64,000 nt of DNA from assembly GCA_937885645.1 (NCBI GenBank), contig CALABJ010000017.1, positions 25,270-89,269 of the forward strand, read 5' to 3'. The translations under genes were made by a program, and so were the position numbers. This document shows positions 27,823 to 36,531 of this stretch, piece after piece. The notes under the pieces were generated by a model. It did not search any database, was not told where the DNA came from, and worked only from the letters and a program-made list of their open reading frames with translations. This stretch comes from an uncultured Clostridia bacterium (GTDB lineage Bacteria; Bacillota; Clostridia; Christensenellales; CAG-917). How positions within the stretch are numbered: position 1 is the first letter of the stretch; each line of letters starts with the position of its first letter.

Positions 27823-28437
27823 CTACTCTGTCTTCTCCAACTTGTTTATTGACACCTCGTATGCCGTTCTACTTTCATATGAGCCGTCCTCTAATCCCTT
27901 TTGATATTCTCTTGATTGGATTCGTCCTGAAAGTAGCACCTTATCTCCAACCGCAAAGGACTCGGCGTATCTTGCGTTTCTTCCCCAAGCGATGCAGGGG
28001 ATATAGTCCGACTTATTGTAAGCGCGGTTGACTGCAAGGAGCACGTCACATATCTCTCTGCCGAAGGGGGTTGTTCTATATACGGTGGGCTTGCACACGT
28101 AGCCCTCGATTTCTATATAGTTGGGGTTTTGATCATCTCCTATGCCTAGTTCTCGCACAAAGACTTTGAGGACAAGTTTGCTTCTTTCCCCCACCACTTT
28201 GTTATAACTGCGCAATTGACCATATACTCCTATTTTTTCGCCCACGCTGAGAGTCATATCTCCCATAAGTCGCTCAGATATAGTGAGAGGGATTTTGTCA
28301 TATTGTCCGCTGAGGCGTTGCACGTCTAGGGTGAAGTCATAAAAACCCTCCCCCATAACTTCGTGGGAAAAGACTGGCTCTGTGGACACTATTCCGCTCA
28401 AGTACACTTTGTTGTTTTCAAGTTGATCGTAGCTCAT
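27823..28437 (-). CDS. SSB-like protein with two tandem OB folds and no acidic C-terminal tip
   Basis: 204 aa from MSYDQLENNKVYLSG (GGAG upstream). Two repeats of the SSB pattern (N.V.L.G ... D.I....W...A ... G..V...G.I.SR.Y). Ends in KLEKTE rather than the DDD(I/L)PF-type tip. Confidence 0.6.
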   Translation of the reverse strand: MSYDQLENNKVYLSGIVSTEPVFSHEVMGEGFYDFTLDVQRLSGQYDKIPLTISERLMGDMTLSVGEKIGVYGQLRSYNKVVGERSKLVLKVFVRELGIGDDQNPNYIEIEGYVCKPTVYRTTPFGREICDVLLAVNRAYNKSDYIPCIAWGRNARYAESFAVGDKVLLSGRIQSREYQKGLEDGSYESRTAYEVSINKLEKTE

Positions 28438-28456
28438 TGATTTCTCCTTTTTTGTT

Positions 28457-29227
28457 CTAATCATTTTTCCGTTGGACACCTTGTGAGTCCACCGTGTAGT
28501 TGTCTGTCAGCACCATTTGACTCAGTGCCACAAATTTGAATCCTTTGTTCTTTAGGGCTTCAAGGACAAGGGGCAAGGCGTCTAGGACGTGGTCGCTGTT
28601 GTTGTGAAAGAGGACTATATCCCCACTCTTTGCCTTTGGCACTATTCTCGCCACAATGTCCTTTGCTGAAAGCCCCTTCCAATCTAGGCTGTCTATTGAC
28701 CACTGCACTCCCACCATGCCTAAGTCCTCTAAGGCGGTCATAAGGCTATTGTCGTAGTCACCGAAAGGAGCACGAAAATAAGTGGGCGTTTTGCCTGTAA
28801 GGTCACAGACCTTTTTGTTTACTGACTGAATCTCCTCCACAATCTTTTCACGGGATAGCCGTGGCATATTGAGGTGGTTTTCAGAGTGGTTGCCTATGTC
28901 AAAGCCGGCTGATGCTATTGCCTTTGTTTCCTCTGGGTATTTGTCAATCCAAAATCCAACAAGAAAGAAAGTGGCGTCTGCGTCGTATTCCTTCAAGATT
29001 TCAATGATTTTCAAGGTTTTGTCCGCGCCCCAAGCGGCGTCAAATGTGAGGGCGATGACTTTGTCCTCCTCCGCCATTGACACTGAATATACGGGGATCT
29101 TCCGTGAGGTTTTGCCAAAGAACACTCCTGCCACCGAAGAGGTGGATATGAGGGTCACAAGGACTGCAATCAGCACAATGGCAACACCGTAGAACAAAAT
29201 GTTTTTACGTTTTAGCACTACAAACAT
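28457..29227 (-). CDS. Polysaccharide deacetylase family protein (PdaA/PdaB-like), membrane-anchored
   Basis: NodB motifs TFDAAW, HSENH and LFHN. N-terminal TM. Start at MFVVLKRK (GGAGG 5 nt upstream). Confidence 0.85.
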   Translation of the reverse strand: MFVVLKRKNILFYGVAIVLIAVLVTLISTSSVAGVFFGKTSRKIPVYSVSMAEEDKVIALTFDAAWGADKTLKIIEILKEYDADATFFLVGFWIDKYPEETKAIASAGFDIGNHSENHLNMPRLSREKIVEEIQSVNKKVCDLTGKTPTYFRAPFGDYDNSLMTALEDLGMVGVQWSIDSLDWKGLSAKDIVARIVPKAKSGDIVLFHNNSDHVLDALPLVLEALKNKGFKFVALSQMVLTDNYTVDSQGVQRKND

Positions 29228-29381
29228 TTCTGCCTCCATATTAGACCAACCGCCTTGACAGAAAATGACAAATCCTGTCGTAAAAGTTCGCACTTCGTCT
29301 ATAGTGATACATTACGCGGAGCAAATAAGGTTTAGAACTGGGCGGAAATCTTTTGACAAAAGGCGCAACCGCCCCAATCTG

Positions 29382-29409
29382 TTGACTTTTTTCAACTAAG
29401 TTGTAAAAT
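29382..29409 (+). promoter_or_regulatory. Promoter TTGACT-16-TAAAAT feeding a leaderless ATG
   Basis: -35 at 29382..29387 and -10 at 29404..29409. The ATG at 29416 is 7 nt after the -10, with no Shine-Dalgarno. Confidence 0.5.
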
Positions 29410-29415
29410 GATGGT

Positions 29416-30216
29416 ATGGGAACAGAAAACAAACACAAAGAAAACTTGAAAAAGGTGATGACCTACACTCCTCTGGTGCTGGCAATGTTGTTTGCAGTAG
29501 TGTTTTTTGGTGCATCGGTCATCGCTTTGATATACTCCGCAGTCACCTATCTCGCCTTTGGCTCTGCAATGGTGTTCCTCATTTTGTTTGGATGCTCAGT
29601 GCTTACGTTAGGCATCGGCACTGCCCTTGTGGACAAGTTCATTTCTCTCAAAAAGAAACTTGACGGCAAAGACGTCGCCCCCGAAAAGGAAGAACAAAAG
29701 ACTGCCGTTGTGAAAAAGAAATTCACCGTCACAATGCAAACAATTTGCTTTGGCGTTATGATTGTTGGCGCAGTGTTCATCATCGTGTCCGCAGGCCTTG
29801 GTGTCACAAGTGCAGACAAATGGGATGAGGCAACAAAGGACTATATCCTCTCCAACGGCTACTATCAAGACGCAAAGTCCTTTGAGGTGGCCTACGACAG
29901 CACCAACCCCGACAAACCCATCGATAAAATCGTCTTAGACCTTGATGGCAAAAACGCAGTGGTCATCTACACCGATGACAGTTTTGTCACCATAAAGGGA
30001 TATGAAAACTTCCCTGCACAACTGTCTGTCACTTACGGCGGTGGCACAATCGTCATCCACGAAAATCCCTCTCCCAAAAAAGACGGAAATCTTGAAAAAA
30101 TGCTCTTCTTCATCTTTGATGAAAATGAGGTTGAAGCACAAATCCGCATCTACTTGCCTAAATCCATGGAAGGACAAGTTGAATTTGCCGGCGACTACGT
30201 AGTTGCACAAAACTAA
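29416..30216 (+). CDS. Hypothetical membrane protein (three TM segments plus a beta-rich C-terminal domain)
   Basis: 266 aa with hydrophobic segments at about residues 17-75 and 108-130. No recognisable catalytic motif. Confidence 0.6.
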   Translation: MGTENKHKENLKKVMTYTPLVLAMLFAVVFFGASVIALIYSAVTYLAFGSAMVFLILFGCSVLTLGIGTALVDKFISLKKKLDGKDVAPEKEEQKTAVVKKKFTVTMQTICFGVMIVGAVFIIVSAGLGVTSADKWDEATKDYILSNGYYQDAKSFEVAYDSTNPDKPIDKIVLDLDGKNAVVIYTDDSFVTIKGYENFPAQLSVTYGGGTIVIHENPSPKKDGNLEKMLFFIFDENEVEAQIRIYLPKSMEGQVEFAGDYVVAQN

Positions 30217-30270
30217 AAAACAAGAAAATAAAAAATACGCTACCTATGGTAGCGTTTTCTTTTTGTCAAA

Positions 30271-31398
30271 TTACATTTTTTGCGTTTTTCCACCGCCTTT
30301 GAAGTTGTCGAGGACGCCTGTTGAGAAGTTGTGGGTGCGGGATTTGCGGTCTAGGTGGTCCTCTATTGCAGTGTTTATCATCTTGTCCAAAAGGTCTTTG
30401 AAGGTTATCCCTACGGATTCAAAGAGGTAATGCGCCAGTGACCCCGGCACGGTGTTGATTTCGTTGAGGTATATCTTTTCTCGTTTGACGTCAACAAGAT
30501 AGTCCACTCTCACCACCCCGCTCATTTCAAGTTCACGATATATCCGCTCAGTCAATGCCTTCACTTGGCTGTTGAGATCGCCTATTTCTGCAGGGATTAT
30601 ATGACCACCACCGCCCATTTTGCCTGTGGAGTATTTGTCGTTGAAAGACAAGAAATCACTGGTGGACAAAGGCTGTTCGGTTTCAGACACAACAATTTTA
30701 TCGCCGTCCTTGAATGCGGCGCAGTTGACTTCTATGAAGTCAGTGAGTTTTTCTTCAACGATAATTTTGTCATCAAACTCCCCTGCGATGTCTATTGCAG
30801 AAATCAAGTCCTCTCTTTTGTAGGCAACCCCTATGCCTATGCTGCTTCCAAGCCGTGCAGGTTTGACTATGAGTGGATATCGCAAAAAACTTTCTGCGTG
30901 GAAAAGGACTTTGTCACTGTCCCTCTCCCACTCCTTTCTTGAAAACACAAAGTGTTTCACTTGGTTGAAAAGCATATTTTCAAAAAGCTCTTTGCTGACC
31001 GCTTTGTCCATACAAAGGGCGGACGGCAACAAACTTGGGCTTGTGTGAGGCAGTCCGTTGAACTCAAAAACCCCAGATAGAACGCCGTTTTCACCCTCTC
31101 CGCCGTGACAACAATTGACAACAACGTCGGGCTTCAGTGCCACTGTCATCTTGTCTTTTTTGACGTAATAGAATTTGCCACTGACAAGCACCAATTTCTT
31201 ATGGTTTGAGGGCACAAAAGGTGCAAAATCCTTTATCGTTTTCATATCACCGGTGTAAAAATCACCCTCATACAAAAACACAGGAGTGACTGCATATTTT
31301 TTGTCATCAAGGTGTCGATAGGTTTGCACTGCGGTGATGACGGATATATCCCTTTCCACCGATCTTCCACCAAAAATCAAAGCAACTTTTTTCTTCAT
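30271..31398 (-). CDS. ddl: D-alanine--D-alanine ligase
   Basis: 375 aa ATP-grasp enzyme with FGGRSVERDISV, CHGGEGENG and NEINTVPG. Confidence 0.93.
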   Translation of the reverse strand: MKKKVALIFGGRSVERDISVITAVQTYRHLDDKKYAVTPVFLYEGDFYTGDMKTIKDFAPFVPSNHKKLVLVSGKFYYVKKDKMTVALKPDVVVNCCHGGEGENGVLSGVFEFNGLPHTSPSLLPSALCMDKAVSKELFENMLFNQVKHFVFSRKEWERDSDKVLFHAESFLRYPLIVKPARLGSSIGIGVAYKREDLISAIDIAGEFDDKIIVEEKLTDFIEVNCAAFKDGDKIVVSETEQPLSTSDFLSFNDKYSTGKMGGGGHIIPAEIGDLNSQVKALTERIYRELEMSGVVRVDYLVDVKREKIYLNEINTVPGSLAHYLFESVGITFKDLLDKMINTAIEDHLDRKSRTHNFSTGVLDNFKGGGKTQKM

Positions 31399-31406
31399 TT
31401 CTCCCC

Positions 31407-32984
31407 CTAATCTTCATATATGTCTGGCAAGTCGTTGAGAAGCAACAAGTTATCCCCTATGTGGAGAAAGTCCTTAAAGGACTTTTGTGCCTCTGCTAGG
31501 GTGTTGAAGCAGAGGATTTTGCCGTCAAAATCACTTAGCCCTCTTGCCACTTGCTCACCTCTTTTCCCTATGAGCACAACAACGTGAGCAACCATTGCTA
31601 TTTTTTTACCAAGAGCGTAGTTTTCCTCTTCTTCAAGGTCACCAAGTTCAACAAGCCCCGGTGTCACCACCACTTTTCTGCCCTCAAATTGTGACAGGGT
31701 GTCAAGAGCTTTTCTTGCCCCGTCTGGGTTTGAGTTGAAGGTGTCGTCAATGATGGTCATACCATCACGGACAATCAGTTGCAAGCGGTGTGGCACAGGC
31801 TCTACGTGGGCAATCCTCTCCACAATATGCTTTGGACTGATGCCAAGTGCAAAGGCCACTGCTGACGCCACTGCCAAATTCTCCACGTTGTGCTCGCCAA
31901 TGAGCCCAGTCCTTGCCCTATGAACCTCATCACCAAAATGCAAGTTGAACTCACTTCCTCGTTTTGACAAGGCTACGTCGCTTGCCCAGACTTCTCCACC
32001 GTTTCCTGCAAAATCTACGTTTGCCAAAATCTTGTTTTGCTTGTCTTCAATAATCTTTATAAGATTGTTGCTTACGACAGCAAATCCATCTCTTTTTAAG
32101 TCGGTAATGACCCTCATCTTTTCATCCACTATATTCTTTTGACTTTTGAATGTTTCAAGATGTTGAGAGTTTATCCCCGTCAAAACCGCCACGTCGGGGT
32201 TGACAATTTTCATCAATTTTTTGATGTCGCCGACTCGTCTTGCACCCATTTCCGCAATGAAAACTTCGTGGGACATATCAAGGTCCTTCACTGTCTTTGA
32301 AATGCCCATAGGAGTGTTGAAACTTTCAGGGGTTGCCAGCACCCTATATTTGATTTCAAGCAAATCTTTGAGATAGTTTTTCACTGAGGTTTTGCCGTAG
32401 CTTCCTGTTATCGCAATTTTGATGCAATCACTACGAGATAGAATAGCCCTCGTTTTCTTCTCATACCTCAAATTATTTAGCCTTTCAAATACGTTGACTA
32501 CGGACATTGTCAAAAGGAAAACAAGCGGATAGAATACTGGAAAAATAAAAAATCCTGCATAGCGGTAAAAGACATTTTCGCCACTGAGTACGCCGTTCAA
32601 GTAAAACAGAGTGCCAACAATCAATGCGCTTTCAACCACTGCCACGGACACAAAGCCTCGCACTGCTCTTTTTGTGTATTTAAGCGGTTTCTTTTTGTCG
32701 CCGTCTTCTGCAAAGTACAACACCATTTCCGCAATGAAAAAGAACATTGCAGTGAGAAACCCCCAAAACACCCGAGAGTGCAAAAAACTGACTCCAAAAT
32801 ATATCCCGCCAAACACCAGCACCGACACCAAGTCCATAAGATATGCGTTGCGGATATTCTTGCTTTTGAAAATCCCCTTCAATCGGTAATTGTCCTGCTG
32901 AATCACGTATATGTACGGCTTTGCCATAAAGGTGGTGGCAAGGATTGACAACAACAAAAAGAACCAGTTTCCCCTGACTAGCAT
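31407..32984 (-). CDS. murF: MurF-type Mur ligase with a polytopic N-terminal membrane domain
   Basis: 525 aa. Residues 1-170 contain about 4-5 hydrophobic helices. Then P-loop ITGSYGKTS, FIAEMGAR, DDTFNSNP, and a Mur ligase C-domain. Immediately upstream of ddl. Confidence 0.75.
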   Translation of the reverse strand: MLVRGNWFFLLLSILATTFMAKPYIYVIQQDNYRLKGIFKSKNIRNAYLMDLVSVLVFGGIYFGVSFLHSRVFWGFLTAMFFFIAEMVLYFAEDGDKKKPLKYTKRAVRGFVSVAVVESALIVGTLFYLNGVLSGENVFYRYAGFFIFPVFYPLVFLLTMSVVNVFERLNNLRYEKKTRAILSRSDCIKIAITGSYGKTSVKNYLKDLLEIKYRVLATPESFNTPMGISKTVKDLDMSHEVFIAEMGARRVGDIKKLMKIVNPDVAVLTGINSQHLETFKSQKNIVDEKMRVITDLKRDGFAVVSNNLIKIIEDKQNKILANVDFAGNGGEVWASDVALSKRGSEFNLHFGDEVHRARTGLIGEHNVENLAVASAVAFALGISPKHIVERIAHVEPVPHRLQLIVRDGMTIIDDTFNSNPDGARKALDTLSQFEGRKVVVTPGLVELGDLEEEENYALGKKIAMVAHVVVLIGKRGEQVARGLSDFDGKILCFNTLAEAQKSFKDFLHIGDNLLLLNDLPDIYED

Positions 32985-33700
32985 ACCCCTACTCCCTTTA
33001 CAAATGCGGACAAAATCTTGACAAAATTGGCAAGGTCTTCAACGTAAGCGTAGTGTCCGCCTTCAAGCAAAATCAACTTGCTATCCTTGATTTTCTTTTC
33101 AAGTTTGTTTGCCATGTATAAAGGCGTTTCCTTGTCGTTTTTACCCCACAAAATAAGGGTGGGGGTATTTATGTTTTCAAGGAGATAGGTTTGGTCATAG
33201 GACACCACTTTTTTGAAAGTTTCTTTCATTATAAATGAAAGAACTCGGTAATCTCGTGAGCCTTGTAGTCCACGAAAACCGAGTTTTTTCAATATCTTGT
33301 GTATTATGATTTTTGCGTAATATGATGGCTTCCGCCGAGGCTTCAAGCCGGCGCTGTCCACAAGCACTAGTCCATTTACTGCATCGGGAAATTTGCCTGC
33401 GATTTCTAGGGCTACTCTGCCACCAAAGGAGTGACCAACGATGATTGCTTTTTTCACCCCTTCCTTTTCAAGGACTGACAGCACTTCACCTGCGTAATCC
33501 CCAACCGAATATGGTCTATCAGGTTCAGGGGTGTCACCAAAGCCGTTGAAGTCCACAACTATGCTCCGACAAAAACTTTTCAGTCTTTCCGCAACAAATA
33601 AAAAGGCGGAAGCGTTTCCGCCCCAGCCATGTAAAAATACTACGTTTATGCCGTCACCGACTATCTTATAATTGATAACTCCTCCTATACGTCTAGCCAC
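32978..33700 (-). CDS. Alpha/beta-fold hydrolase
   Basis: 240 aa with HGWGG and the nucleophile elbow GHSFGG. Confidence 0.85.
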   Translation of the reverse strand: MARRIGGVINYKIVGDGINVVFLHGWGGNASAFLFVAERLKSFCRSIVVDFNGFGDTPEPDRPYSVGDYAGEVLSVLEKEGVKKAIIVGHSFGGRVALEIAGKFPDAVNGLVLVDSAGLKPRRKPSYYAKIIIHKILKKLGFRGLQGSRDYRVLSFIMKETFKKVVSYDQTYLLENINTPTLILWGKNDKETPLYMANKLEKKIKDSKLILLEGGHYAYVEDLANFVKILSAFVKGVGVC

Positions 33701-34116
33701 ATAATAAGGGCATCGTCACGATTGTTGTAATACTTCTTTCGTATGCCTGCCCCTTTAAAGCCGTAGCTTTCGTATAGGTGTATTGCGGGTGCGTTGTTGA
33801 CGTTGACTTCAAGTGTCATATGCTCTACGCCAACCTCTCTTGCCTTGCTGATGAGGGTTGCAAGAAGAAATTTGCCTATTCCTCTGCCTCTCTCTGTGTG
33901 CTTGACTGCTATGTTTGTTATATGCCCTTCGTCAAGGACTTTGTGAAAACCGCCGTAGCAAATGACCTCGTCACCACGGACACCAACGGTGTAAAATGCT
34001 TCCGCCGAATAAAGTTCGGGGATAAACATCGCTTTCGTCCAAGGTGTGTCGAAGGCCTCTTGTTCAATCTCTGCCATTTGGGCGAGATGTTCGTATTTTA
34101 GCGGTTCAAATCTCAT
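33685..34116 (-). CDS. rimI: Ribosomal-protein-alanine N-acetyltransferase RimI (GNAT)
   Basis: 143 aa GNAT with motif RGRGIGKFLL. Follows tsaB. Confidence 0.85.
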   Translation of the reverse strand: MRFEPLKYEHLAQMAEIEQEAFDTPWTKAMFIPELYSAEAFYTVGVRGDEVICYGGFHKVLDEGHITNIAVKHTERGRGIGKFLLATLISKAREVGVEHMTLEVNVNNAPAIHLYESYGFKGAGIRKKYYNNRDDALIMWLDV

Positions 34117-34678
34117 TATTTCTCTCTGCTTGTGATTTTCTCATATAGTAGGGCTCAAAGACGTTGACAAAGTCGTTTTCTGCCCATTTTGTGCGGACGA
34201 TATTGTCAAGAGCCGTGACCACACTACAACTTGTTGTAGTGATTTTGTCCTCAGGCAACGTGGCACTGTCCTTTTCTTCAACAAACTCCGTTGACACAAT
34301 CTTGCCATTTTCAAGCTTTGCTGTGTATGTGTGGCCGTGGCCTGCGTCAATGGCAAGCACTCCGCTTTCTCTACTATATGCAAGAAGTTCAAAGGAGTTG
34401 ACCGCAATTCTCTTTGCTCCCGTGCCATAGGCTATGGCCGTCACTGCGGATACACCAATACGTATGCCTGTAAATGAGCCGGGGCCAACAACCACTGCTA
34501 CGCCGTCAAGGTCTTTCACCTCAACTCCGCCTTCAGTAAGAAGGTCGGCTATTGTGGGCAAAATGAGAGATGAGTGACCGCTCTTGCCCACCTCAAAGGA
34601 TTTTGAAAGAGTTTTGTCACCATCAATCAACACAGCGGTGAAGGTTGTAGAGGTTGTATCAACTGCAAGTATTTTCAT
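34106..34678 (-). CDS. tsaB: tRNA t6A37 biosynthesis protein TsaB (YeaZ), short form
   Basis: 190 aa with MKILAVDTT, GPGSFTGIRIG. Sits between tsaE and rimI. Confidence 0.85.
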   Translation of the reverse strand: MKILAVDTTSTTFTAVLIDGDKTLSKSFEVGKSGHSSLILPTIADLLTEGGVEVKDLDGVAVVVGPGSFTGIRIGVSAVTAIAYGTGAKRIAVNSFELLAYSRESGVLAIDAGHGHTYTAKLENGKIVSTEFVEEKDSATLPEDKITTTSCSVVTALDNIVRTKWAENDFVNVFEPYYMRKSQAERNNEI

Positions 34679-35819
34679 ATCTTACGTTAAATTTCCTATT
34701 CTTTTTGTCAACTGTGACATCGATATAGATGACTTTGTCACCAAGTGAGGTCAGCTTGTTCCACTCAATGACCGTCACCGTATCTCCGCCGATGGCGTCT
34801 TCGACGCCAAGTTCATAGAGGTCGTCTTCGTGCTCGATGCGGTACATATCAAGATGGTTCAGTTTCAGTCTGCCCTCTTCATATACGTTCATTATGGTGA
34901 ATGTGGGGCTTGTCACCTCACTCTCTACTCCAAGAGCCTTTGCCAAACCCTTTGTGAAGGTCGTTTTGCCTGCGCCGAGGTCACCGCTAAGGATAATCAC
35001 CTCTCCGCCCATCAAAGTGTCTGCAACACGCTTTGCAAGGGCTTCAGTGTCCTTCACACTTCTTGAAATGTGTTCTCCCTCTATTTCGCCGTCGTCAACA
35101 GTCTTGTCGGGCACTTTTGAAAACGCCAACTTGAAGAGTTTGCCTGTTGCCTTGTAAAGCACAAATGTCAATCCTGCGTTGCCTGCATATTTCAGTACGT
35201 TGAACGGAAGTATGGTTGTGGGGAGCATTGTGAGGACAACACTGCGCTCTACACCCATAAATATGGGTGTAAATAATATATTCCAAAGGAGCATCGTCAC
35301 AACACCACTCAAAAAACCTGTCAACAAACCGATGAGCGCGCCTTTCAGGTTGTGTTTGAATTTATAGACAAGACCTGCACTCAACACAAATACGCCTGTT
35401 GAAAGCAAGTTCATTGCTATGCCGATAAGTCCGCTTGACGCACTGACTGTAAAACCTTGAATAAGTGACACTATAATAGTGATGACAAGACCTGCCACAG
35501 GACCGTACATAAAGGATGCGATGAGGATGGGCACGTCACTGGGTGAATATTCAAGGAAGGGTGCGGCAAAATACGGGATATGCACCGTGCATGCAAGTGT
35601 CACCGCAAGGGCGGCTAGCACTGCCATCCCACAAAGTTTTCTTGTGGGAATACGTATCTTTTTCTTTGAAAGTTTTCCTTTGGAAAACTTGCCTTCGTTA
35701 TCGCTGGATGTTTCTGCGCCGTCTGCCACGGCGGTTTCAGCTTCTACATCCTCTGCCACTTGAACTTCGGCGACTTCTTCAACCAAAGTTTCTGTTTGCT
35801 CATTAAGTTTTTCTGTCAT
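34659..35819 (-). CDS. tsaE: In-frame fusion of a riboflavin ECF-transporter S component (RibU) and the t6A ATPase TsaE
   Basis: 386 aa from MTEKLNEQ. Residues ~60-250 are RibU-like (FLEYSPSDVPILIASFMYGPVAG ... ILPFNVLKY). Residues ~270-386 are TsaE (GDLGAGKTTFTKGLAKALG, VTSPTFT, HLDMYR). An FMN riboswitch lies upstream. Confidence 0.8.
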   Translation of the reverse strand: MTEKLNEQTETLVEEVAEVQVAEDVEAETAVADGAETSSDNEGKFSKGKLSKKKIRIPTRKLCGMAVLAALAVTLACTVHIPYFAAPFLEYSPSDVPILIASFMYGPVAGLVITIIVSLIQGFTVSASSGLIGIAMNLLSTGVFVLSAGLVYKFKHNLKGALIGLLTGFLSGVVTMLLWNILFTPIFMGVERSVVLTMLPTTILPFNVLKYAGNAGLTFVLYKATGKLFKLAFSKVPDKTVDDGEIEGEHISRSVKDTEALAKRVADTLMGGEVIILSGDLGAGKTTFTKGLAKALGVESEVTSPTFTIMNVYEEGRLKLNHLDMYRIEHEDDLYELGVEDAIGGDTVTVIEWNKLTSLGDKVIYIDVTVDKKNRKFNVRYENTCS

Positions 35820-35840
35820 AAGAATATCCTTTCGGGCATT

Positions 35841-35990
35841 AAAAAACCCAAGAATTATTCTCGGGGGAAACAAAAATCTGCCTCTTTCATCCGGACTATA
35901 CCGTCGGTTGAGGAATTGCACCTCATCAGCACGCAATGCGTGGTCGTGGACTGTCACCACCGGTAGGGAATCTCACCCTGCCCCGAAGCA
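35841..35990 (-). promoter_or_regulatory. FMN riboswitch (RFN element) with a terminator expression platform
   Basis: The minus strand reads CUUCGGGGCAGGGUGAGAUUCCCUACCGGUGGUGACAGUCCACGACC...GAGGUGCAAUUCCUCAACCGACGGUAUAGUCCGGAUGAAAGAGGCAG. It is followed by the hairpin CCCGAGAAUAAUUCUUGGG plus U6 at 35865..35841. Confidence 0.93.
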
Positions 35991-36155
35991 ATAATATTTT
36001 ATTATGTTATATTGTTGTTGTCAATGACTAAGCACAATAAAGTGCCAATTTTTGTGATTTTTGTGCGGTTTTTGATAAAAACAGTGGGTTTACACTGCAT
36101 TACAACTCAAAACTTAGTTTTGAATATTTTCTCCTACACGGGCAAAAATAGTGGT

Positions 36156-36464
36156 ATGTATCTTTCAACCGCAGAAATTGACACAGCAACCTATATTGCC
36201 CTATCAAATGATAACGTATTATCCGCTCGCACCTTTGAGCACGATGGATACGTGGTCATTGCCCTGCTCACCGGACCGATTTTTTCACAAACTGAGCGTA
36301 TAGCACTAAAAAATTCAGTGCAAGCCGACGTCAGTGATAGGCTTGATGTGAGCCTTGAACAGGTCATAGTCACCTTTGATATGGAACTTTATAGGGCCAT
36401 GGATGAGGTTGATGACTCAGACAAGCAAAAACTCCTTGCCATGGCACTGGAACGCTGTGATTGA
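36156..36464 (+). CDS. Hypothetical small protein (possibly YhcN/YlaJ-like sporulation protein)
   Basis: 102 aa from MYLSTAEID. The ORF is open from 36012, so the start is uncertain. Candidate promoter TTGAAT(36120)-18-AAAAAT places ATG 36156 at +1. The functional guess is weak. Confidence 0.4.
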   Translation: MYLSTAEIDTATYIALSNDNVLSARTFEHDGYVVIALLTGPIFSQTERIALKNSVQADVSDRLDVSLEQVIVTFDMELYRAMDEVDDSDKQKLLAMALERCD

Positions 36465-36531
36465 CCTATAAATAGGTCAATACTCATATTGATTAAGGGG
36501 ACAGAGGTAAACTCTGCCCGCTATTTTGTTG

